Positions 58,301 through 64,000 of a DNA stretch of 64,000 bases are shown one piece after another. The position numbers were made by a program, and so were the translations under genes. Positions within the stretch are counted from its first letter, which is position 1. Each line of letters opens with the position of its first letter. The notes beneath the pieces were generated by a model that ran no database searches, was not told the origin of the DNA, and saw nothing but the letters and a program-made list of their open reading frames with translations. This DNA comes from a virus (lineage: Duplodnaviria > Caudoviricetes), in the IMG/VR virus record IMGVR_UViG_3300025401_000648; one strand, written 5' to 3'.

Positions 58301-60820
58301 TTGGTTGCCAAAGGTTACGGGCTACGTAAATTCAGCGGTACTGTTTATAATCCTGCCTACATTGCTTACCCATATAGCCCAGGTCCAACTGGTTTAAATC
58401 AATACTATCCACAAGGCTTCTGGCCAAAGAACAGTAATGTTGAAATTTTCATTCCAGATCCTACTAATCGTCCGCACATATCATTGGTTATGGAAGTTGT
58501 ACCTCCAACTGAGTATATTAACTATGCTGGCAATGTTGTTCCGTACACAAACAGTCAAGGCTTCCCAGGATTCCTAAATGCTCAACCAAGTACAAGTACT
58601 ATAACAACTGGCAGTATCACAATCAATAACATTGATATAACCGGCATTGCTGTGGGCAATTTTGTATATATTACGGATCAATTTGGTTACACATACGATA
58701 GTTTCCCGTATGTTCATGATGAATTTGGTCGTTACTTAGATAGTAACGGTAATATAACCACCACAGTAACTAACTATATACCAAATGCGAATTACGGTAT
58801 TCAATATTTCACAACAGGTACCTATGTTACTGATGTCAACTATCAAAGTGTAACATTCAATTACGCTCTACCAACTGGCGGCGGATTTGCAGATAACCCT
58901 AACTATTTTACTTTCTACTTCTGTGGCAAGGCCTACTACACAGTATTGAGTAGTATTGTAGCAGACAATCCATATGTGACTGGTACAAATATTCTTTCTA
59001 CCAGCAATAGAAATATCACAGTGGATCAAGTAGAGGCACATATTAATTCATTAGAGTTTTTGAATGAGTTGGTTGATAATATTACAGGTAACATACCTGT
59101 ACAGACTATCCAAACTGGAACACAAACAAGTACACAAACATTCTTGTTAACGGTTCAAGGGGGAGCCGATGCTAACACATTCATTGATCTAAGATTCAAT
59201 GAAATGATAACAATCATTGGAGCCACATCAAGTACATATAACACAGTAGTGCCACCAAATCTAGTAAAGACATCTGGTACAATTCCACAAGGAGCAGGTA
59301 GTGCTATATCTCTAATAGAAGCAAATATGAGTTTCTTAGAAGATGAAATATCAGCATTTGTGGAAACATTGACCAATACCAGTACATTCTCATATAATCA
59401 AACAACATGTGCACGTGATTTGGGCTATGTTCTAAATGGCACATACTATGATGTTGCTCTTGGCACAAACTATAATGGTGTGACATCTGGTCTTGCTTAT
59501 GCTCGCGGTACTGCGTATGCTGTTACAGCAACTGAATTAGTAGCAACAATTAATGCTTATGATTTTGCTCAGCAACAAGCGGCGCAAGCATTGGCTAGCA
59601 ATGCTACAGCAGTGGCAAGAAGCACTGCCGAGTTTGATGAAATTAAAAATATTCTAGCTAATGGAGCGTCAGTGGCAAATGTTGTTACTTTCCCTGCTCC
59701 TACAAACGCTACAACTTCAACCATAAACGCTGTAGCACAATTAACTTCTAACAAGTCATTCCTACAATCTGAAATAATTGCTTGGATCGCAGCCAACTAT
59801 TCATATCTAACATATAATAGTGCGGCATGTTATCGAGATGTCGGTTTCCTAATTGACGCCATGTGTTATGATGTTATGTACGGTGGAAATAGTGCCACAC
59901 TAATTGCCGCTAACGCATACTTTAACAGCGCAGGACAGCTGGTAATCGCAGGCAGTGAAACAGCGGCTACCAGTGCGGCCTACTATTACTTGTCGCAAAT
60001 AGCTCAAAATGTTGTTTTAGGACAAACAGTAACACCGAGTGCTGGAAATACCCAAACGCAAAGTCAAAACGGTAATTACGGATCCAGTACACAAACAGGT
60101 CAAATATCCAATAATTTTGTCATAATTTACAGTGCCATTCAAAATGCCACTCCACCCACAGCCACACAAGTCAACCCTGATTTGTCATGGGTAGATTCTG
60201 GTATATTGGCCGCCGCCAATTATTTGGCAAGCCAACAAACAACTATTATAAATGACACAATTAGTTACATTAATACATCGTTTAACACAGGCCCCGGTAG
60301 CAATCAAATTAAATTGACTCCTGCTCAAGCATTGAAATGTAAGCGAGATATTGGTGTTACCCTACAAAGATTAATCTATGATTTAGAAACTGGGGGTAAT
60401 TACAACAGTGTACAGGTTGGATTAAGCTATTGGGCACAGGATGGTACTCATCATCTTGTGAGTTTAGGTGAAAATGTAACAGATGCTACATTATTCCCAG
60501 ATGGAGCAACAGTAAACTTCTATCAACGCAGTTACATTAGTGCGTCTGGATATGTATTTGAATATGTGGGTGCTGGCACTAACTACGGTGCTTTACCACA
60601 GTTTGGTATTGCTGATCCAGTACAGACTAAAGAAACTGTACAATTAGATACAGGTAAGGTGTTCTTTACCTCAACTGACCAAAACGGTGACTTCCGTATT
60701 GGTCCAGGGTTAGTTATCAGTCAAGCAACGGGTGTTCTAAGCGGTAGAACATTTACTAAATCGCTATTTGCTAATTTGACTCCATTTATCTTAGCAATTG
60801 AAGGCGGCGGAACATTCTAA
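52352..60820 (+). CDS. Giant virion fibre/appendage protein (2822 aa) with pectin-lyase-like beta-helix segments and 11 C-x-R-D repeats
   Basis: LYVTMDGDDTNDG...CRTI..A and SPYIQNC beta-helix hallmarks; repeated Y...C.RD.G...D...GG...G..Y[WY]; late promoter and SD AAGGA. Confidence 0.75.
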   Translation: MTTVTVSGTRVQTPQGITNLSAPNGGVTISSTNTNITGNTNIGGNTFISNTLTVALQSTLTGQVSILSPLASTGTQSGGLTVVGGVGIGGVVFIGSNTNVEGNLDVQGVTTITGTLEVMGLLNTATTATTGIVIKPNSDNVGNPINLLYTNTNIYDTAAHRQLGAVYVNGGVGIEKDLNVGGFIYGRIQQATTSQSFQVTATNVNQIFYPTFAQFSATTTGSVYSPNYIDDISSGTNTSTGGLTYNPFLGQLTSDQVQVAANYNSTSTNTGALLVTGGAGIGQDVHVGGRAYAEAVYTNLLASTQGDIAVKPAGQLTDIFGDIRVRGVNPLGTGPVVTNTLYVTMDGDDTNDGRAMDASRACRTIGGAMKSPYYQPGTQIRVSAGHYFENNPLPMKPYTSVMGSDIRTTEIEPINKTQDLFHVNSGCYLAFMQFCQGRSGLLPGNYYANGYNRGAYATAFPPQTGANRIDLFHSPYIQNCTNLSGPWLQDASLFQPDGTVQVPIAVGTATWVANTTSMVVTLDHSISTGTIVQGMSMNQGPQHKGFFDARTLLLANIPFLQSQVVSFVDQTFNSGSFSYDQAQCYRDTGLIIDAIGLDMLYQSQTETTFAGLQYWSQDVGYTGLIAEEIATTTNAISYFSTLTFAIADAIDVSGNSSNTLSNLFGDILEILNVGPADAFGTGVSNAFITPSLPSTDATTVAVYNALIAAIPTIALETVNWINANNPGFVYSTSTCYRDVGYMIQSVAFDLLTNSNWQSIKSGVYYYGYDSSLTAIPNEISQTTVAYDYIKAIIPNIVQGKQLSTQFSTATQIINGYLPATSYESATLQNSIDYLTSIITNGPSVAGAQAPINYNESGNIEVINAWKLLEANRSFIQAEVVAYVDSQFNTFSYNRELCYRDTGILIENVSYDATFGGNAKSIESGLAYWNGAVSVIAGQQPQTAAAINYLNSLCQQVITNTTCTILAPVYGISSGTQVINTVLNQGAVASSSIASCFNIISTIIQNGPTAAPESFSSSAADAAYLSAEVLMQLNRKFIQEDTINWINNTFQAFPYNKVKCERDIGVVLNSVIEDVLFPTSSFSQSTFAGLQYYSQSTSTQSIIPNEINQTIEAVAYLSDLSAKIVQNITPADDLVARYQTAVPQVTNLTPANAAEAAIVQANYNNILKILNGQTTGWTDQLEFGFTASRFLSVKNAYALLQANKAYLEAEVVAYINATNPGFSTTYNQATCKRDIGYMTDCVSFDLLYGGNKQSIQAGLYYYGFISTVSNIANESTQTVAAFTYMSNLVGEVIQNIPVIALSTATQNLVAAPAVTNTATINLFAQAFSTITNIITNGPSVAADASPISLVETTSTDALNALTILQANLSFIQAEVLQYIDNAYQSVPYTYNTTTCYRDTGLIIDSIATDMLYDSISESTFAGLQYWNQGGLTGLIGVELTTTTAAINFANSLTVALISDTDAQATVTGLFNQITSILNGGTAGITDQITSNGLPSTTGTIVTAYNTIQNNIASIQQQTINWINYTYPSFVYSTSTCYRDLGYILNSVSFDLLHGGNKQSIKSGAYYYSYISTSSQVSTEMPEVIAAYDFVSDLVRYVVLAEPAPRVFQTGTVQVTTLPAATNDEVGTLQGNLTVITDIISNGPSAAGPKLPIGQTIDSNPNVLNAYNLLEANRSFIQEETIAFINGTFVRPGPSFSYNEDLCYRDTGLIVDAVSQDVLLGGNQKSIEAGLAYWNQGYNYVTGQETTTTLAISHARDLALKIISNEPIVAQPQTETKQIINPFYSYGSAYMPKQAVARSFNIVTDIINRGPLYAPILYPGSGLVNTTGLNALDVQIAPKVTSVQQLTSNTYLIGMSTSTVGFGDYATLYFGDTYIWPLQDPQVEALALQYTGHTGTWDLRKFDPIGGMGGSLVDGAVISDRSPIQSFVYDAFTQLTQGGRGVHITNDGYAQLVSVFTIFSSVGVQVDNGGIASIVNSNANFGDLCLVAKGYGLRKFSGTVYNPAYIAYPYSPGPTGLNQYYPQGFWPKNSNVEIFIPDPTNRPHISLVMEVVPPTEYINYAGNVVPYTNSQGFPGFLNAQPSTSTITTGSITINNIDITGIAVGNFVYITDQFGYTYDSFPYVHDEFGRYLDSNGNITTTVTNYIPNANYGIQYFTTGTYVTDVNYQSVTFNYALPTGGGFADNPNYFTFYFCGKAYYTVLSSIVADNPYVTGTNILSTSNRNITVDQVEAHINSLEFLNELVDNITGNIPVQTIQTGTQTSTQTFLLTVQGGADANTFIDLRFNEMITIIGATSSTYNTVVPPNLVKTSGTIPQGAGSAISLIEANMSFLEDEISAFVETLTNTSTFSYNQTTCARDLGYVLNGTYYDVALGTNYNGVTSGLAYARGTAYAVTATELVATINAYDFAQQQAAQALASNATAVARSTAEFDEIKNILANGASVANVVTFPAPTNATTSTINAVAQLTSNKSFLQSEIIAWIAANYSYLTYNSAACYRDVGFLIDAMCYDVMYGGNSATLIAANAYFNSAGQLVIAGSETAATSAAYYYLSQIAQNVVLGQTVTPSAGNTQTQSQNGNYGSSTQTGQISNNFVIIYSAIQNATPPTATQVNPDLSWVDSGILAAANYLASQQTTIINDTISYINTSFNTGPGSNQIKLTPAQALKCKRDIGVTLQRLIYDLETGGNYNSVQVGLSYWAQDGTHHLVSLGENVTDATLFPDGATVNFYQRSYISASGYVFEYVGAGTNYGALPQFGIADPVQTKETVQLDTGKVFFTSTDQNGDFRIGPGLVISQATGVLSGRTFTKSLFANLTPFILAIEGGGTF

Positions 60821-60834
60821 TAAAAGGATAAATC

Positions 60835-61215
60835 ATGGCACAGTTACCATTAAATACGTTTAGATCAATGACAGCGGTATTGACCACAAGCTCAAGCACA
60901 ATTTATGTTGCTCCGGTTGGAGTAACCAGCATTGTACTAATGGCTCAGATATCAAATATAAGTACACAGACTACTGGGGTCAGTCTTATACATCATAGAA
61001 ACATTCCTATTCAGCAGAACGCACAAGGAAACAATGCTCAACCAGGCAACGTTGACAGCTATCTAATTGATCAGTTTGCTTTACCAACTAATGATGCGGC
61101 CAACGTATTGAGCGGTAAATTGATCATCGAAGCGCTGGACAGCATTAAGGCTTGGAGTACATCTCCAAATTCTGCTCAATTAGTTATGAGTATTTTGGAA
61201 AGTTCTAACGGTTAA
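60835..61215 (+). CDS. Small structural protein partnering the giant fibre
   Basis: SD AAGGA; 14 nt after the giant gene; beta-rich sequence. Confidence 0.7.
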   Translation: MAQLPLNTFRSMTAVLTTSSSTIYVAPVGVTSIVLMAQISNISTQTTGVSLIHHRNIPIQQNAQGNNAQPGNVDSYLIDQFALPTNDAANVLSGKLIIEALDSIKAWSTSPNSAQLVMSILESSNG

Positions 61216-61230
61216 TATAGGAATAAAATC

Positions 61231-63594
61231 ATGGCAGCATTATTAAGCGGTGGCACATTAAGATCGGGTAGTACAAGTACATTTATTACCCTTAAAGGCG
61301 CACAGCCTCAGTTGCCTGCCACCCCTACTACCAGCACTGGCTTTACACTTATAACTTATCTTAAACCACCAAGTGAATTAGATACTATCTATGCTAGTAG
61401 CTTAGGCAATATTGAATTTAACACTGGCACAATGTATGCGAATATTCCTAATATGAACATACAAATTATTGGTACAGGCACTGGCACTGTAATTGTTTCA
61501 GGTACTGTGGCCAATACTGGCACAAACAGCGGAGTACTTGTTGTACAAGGTGGTATTGGTATATCACAAGGTTTCTATACTGGGGCCGATGTCAACATCA
61601 ATGGACTAACCGTTGGACAAGGTTATAGTAATACACAGAGTGGCGGCGGCATTAACAATATATCTATTTTTGGTATAGCCACACCTTCATCTAATTCTTA
61701 TCCTAATGGACAGGATAATATAAACATTGGATACAGTAGTCTACAGGGAATCAGTTCAGCATATCAAAGTATTGCTATAGGTCGATATGCCGCTAGTTCA
61801 GGCACACAATTACAAAATACCATAGCTATTGGTGACAGTGCCTTAAAGAACATCGGCACTACACAAACACAATTTGCTGGTTTTATTACATCTGCCACAC
61901 AGGCCGTCCCAGTAGTATTGACTGTGGCCAATCATGAATTGACATCTGGTACACCAATTAATGTTGATTATGTTTTAGGTATGACTGAAGTCAACGGTAA
62001 TAATTATTATGCCAAAGTGTTGTCCTCTTCCACAGTGGCTTTATATCTAGACAATATTTTAGGTACTCCGCTTGATGGACGAAACTTCAGTACATATACT
62101 AGTGGCGGCACATTATCTATTGATTTGGTATGGAATAATAATTTTGCGATTGGAACAAGTGCTGGTGTTAATCTTACCAACGGAACGGAAAACTTTTTCT
62201 TAGGTTATAACATTGCCAAAAACTTTACCACTGGCAGTTACAACTTCTTCTTAGGACATGATATTGCCCAAAACATGAAGAGTGGCAATAGTAATATATC
62301 AATTGGCGGTGATAACCTAGTTGATGGATTAAACAACCAAGTTAACATTGGATCAGTATTTTACTATAATGGTGCTGGATATCTACAACTTAACGCAGAT
62401 ACTGGTGTTGGATTGGGCGAATCTGCTACAAATACTCCAATAACAGCCACAATTAGTGCGATTTCTACAGGTACACAAACTGTTATTACCACAGTAGCGC
62501 CTCACGGTATTGTTACTGATCAGTATATTACAATTACAGGTGTAAATGGAACCACACAGTTAAACAATCAATCGTTTTATGTGCGTGTGACTGCTACAAA
62601 TTCTTTGTTATTGTTTACTGATGTGGATTTACAGGTGCCATTGAACAGTAGTAGTTATTCACATTATACCAACGGCGGTACTGTAACATTAAACAATATT
62701 GTTGGAGCACTGTCCGTACTGGGTGGTGTAGCAATTACTAAAAATTTATTAGTTGGCGGCCCAATCAATGTATTAAATTACACAGAGTCTAGCTCAATTA
62801 ACACAGGATCTTTGGTAGTCAACGGCGGTGTTGGTATTGCTGGAAACGTAAATATTGGCCGCGGATTAACAATAAACGGTCCAACTGATGTTAATATTTC
62901 ACCAGCAGGAGCAACTGTTTACCTAGAGCCCACAGTGGGCGGCAGTGTTCAGATCTATCCAAGTGTTACCACTGGTAATATTAATAATATGAATATTGGT
63001 AACGCTGTTCCAGCATGGGGCACATTTACCAATGTACGTATTACTTCAAATACTTCTGCTACAAGTTTAGGCACTGGCGCATTAATTGTAAACGGCGGTG
63101 CTAGTGTTAGCGGAGACTTCTGGTTAGGCGGAATCTTACACGCCAGTATCAGTGGCGGAGCAGGTCAAGCCAATAATATTGCTGGAGGTACCGCAGGCGC
63201 ATTAGTATATCAAGTGGCCAGCAGTTCTACTGGGTTTATCACCATTGGTCCAAGCAATTCTGTATTAATATCAAACGGCTCTAATCCTTTATGGTCAAAT
63301 ACACTTACTGTAACAACTCTTAATGTTGTTGGGACAGCCACATCAACCAGTACAACAACTGGTGCGGTTACTGTAGTAGGTGGCGTTGGAGTACAGGGGA
63401 ATATTTACAGTGCTGACGGTAATCCGCAACAAAATTATTTGTTGTATACACCAAAAGTCACCGTAACTGGTACTGGAATCCCACCAGCAAACCCAAATAT
63501 AGGAGATTTTTGGATTGATACCGTGGCCGGTGGACAGCTACAATACATTCAAGATGGAACCAGTACATTCTGGATCCAGATAACAACAATTTAA
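61231..63594 (+). CDS. Tail/head fibre-like protein with [NS]IAIG-type repeats and two homologous beta domains
   Basis: V.GGVGI repeats; SIAIG/TIAIG/FAIG repeats; duplicated IT....V.T..H.......G....G.T..N...Y domains. Confidence 0.65.
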   Translation: MAALLSGGTLRSGSTSTFITLKGAQPQLPATPTTSTGFTLITYLKPPSELDTIYASSLGNIEFNTGTMYANIPNMNIQIIGTGTGTVIVSGTVANTGTNSGVLVVQGGIGISQGFYTGADVNINGLTVGQGYSNTQSGGGINNISIFGIATPSSNSYPNGQDNINIGYSSLQGISSAYQSIAIGRYAASSGTQLQNTIAIGDSALKNIGTTQTQFAGFITSATQAVPVVLTVANHELTSGTPINVDYVLGMTEVNGNNYYAKVLSSSTVALYLDNILGTPLDGRNFSTYTSGGTLSIDLVWNNNFAIGTSAGVNLTNGTENFFLGYNIAKNFTTGSYNFFLGHDIAQNMKSGNSNISIGGDNLVDGLNNQVNIGSVFYYNGAGYLQLNADTGVGLGESATNTPITATISAISTGTQTVITTVAPHGIVTDQYITITGVNGTTQLNNQSFYVRVTATNSLLLFTDVDLQVPLNSSSYSHYTNGGTVTLNNIVGALSVLGGVAITKNLLVGGPINVLNYTESSSINTGSLVVNGGVGIAGNVNIGRGLTINGPTDVNISPAGATVYLEPTVGGSVQIYPSVTTGNINNMNIGNAVPAWGTFTNVRITSNTSATSLGTGALIVNGGASVSGDFWLGGILHASISGGAGQANNIAGGTAGALVYQVASSSTGFITIGPSNSVLISNGSNPLWSNTLTVTTLNVVGTATSTSTTTGAVTVVGGVGVQGNIYSADGNPQQNYLLYTPKVTVTGTGIPPANPNIGDFWIDTVAGGQLQYIQDGTSTFWIQITTI

Positions 63595-63604
63595 AGGCAA
63601 AGAC

Positions 63605-64000
63605 ATGACAACATTAGGTTTTCCAATTTATGCTTCCGGTACAAATGTCGGAGCAACCTATACCCTAAACGGGGTAACCTATACGTGGAATGGTTATGCT
63701 TGGTACAAAACCAACCAAGGTCCAATCAATGCTACCACAGTGACTGGCGGCACCATAGTTATTGGAACGGGCACACAGACTGTTATTATTAATAATGGAA
63801 ATATAACTATCAACGGAAGTAGCGTGTTAACAACAAGTTCGTTAATATCGGTATTTTCATCTGGCACAGACATTTCAATTGTCTATAACACTCTAACACA
63901 AAAAATTGTTGTTAGCGATACATCTACTTTCCAAACTGTTATTAATCGTGGCGCAACCACAACTAACATTGTAACATTTGCCAATACCACTAATTCTGTA
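63605..64000 (+). CDS. Fibre-like protein, truncated by the window end
   Basis: Open frame MTTLGFP...GVTYTWNGYAW to the window end (132 codons); not in the ORF track. Confidence 0.75.
   Translation, partial: MTTLGFPIYASGTNVGATYTLNGVTYTWNGYAWYKTNQGPINATTVTGGTIVIGTGTQTVIINNGNITINGSSVLTTSSLISVFSSGTDISIVYNTLTQKIVVSDTSTFQTVINRGATTTNIVTFANTTNSV

Noticed and set aside
1-64000. CRISPR array, tRNA genes, transposon/integrase, diversity-generating retroelement
   Set aside because: No regularly spaced non-coding direct repeats, cloverleafs, recombinase or reverse transcriptase ORFs, or TR/VR pair were seen. All tandem repeats are coding.

Overview
A 64-kb gene-dense, AT-rich segment of a large T4-superfamily-like (jumbo-type) myovirus genome, readable in standard code 11. 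Layout: (1) 16-1793 (+): two hypothetical genes and thymidylate synthase. (2) 34978->1810 (-): a ~33-kb baseplate/tail-fibre operon with gp53-, gp5-, gp25- and gp6-like genes, a 4296-aa giant, a collagen-like fibre, an S53 protease and four paralogous fibre genes. (3) 35094-39566 (+): gp55-like late sigma factor, gp47/gp46 (Mre11/Rad50-like) nuclease, an AT-hook-like protein and a minimal GIY-YIG nuclease, followed immediately by a ~400-nt GC-enriched, highly base-paired non-coding region (39573-39987) with three tandem UGAC/GGAUGA motifs. (4) 40026-44468: a possible internal head protein, hub-assembly genes and a tape-measure-like gene. (5) 44501-50657 (+): portal, core, protease, scaffold and major capsid genes. 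(6) 50807-64000 (+): decoration/fibre genes, including a 2822-aa repeat protein. A TAAATA late-promoter motif precedes most structural units. Best candidate for an undescribed system: the GIY-YIG nuclease plus the large structured RNA. Second: the translationally coupled collagen fibre / sedolisin protease pair. All family assignments come from motif recognition by eye. No database search or folding program was run.
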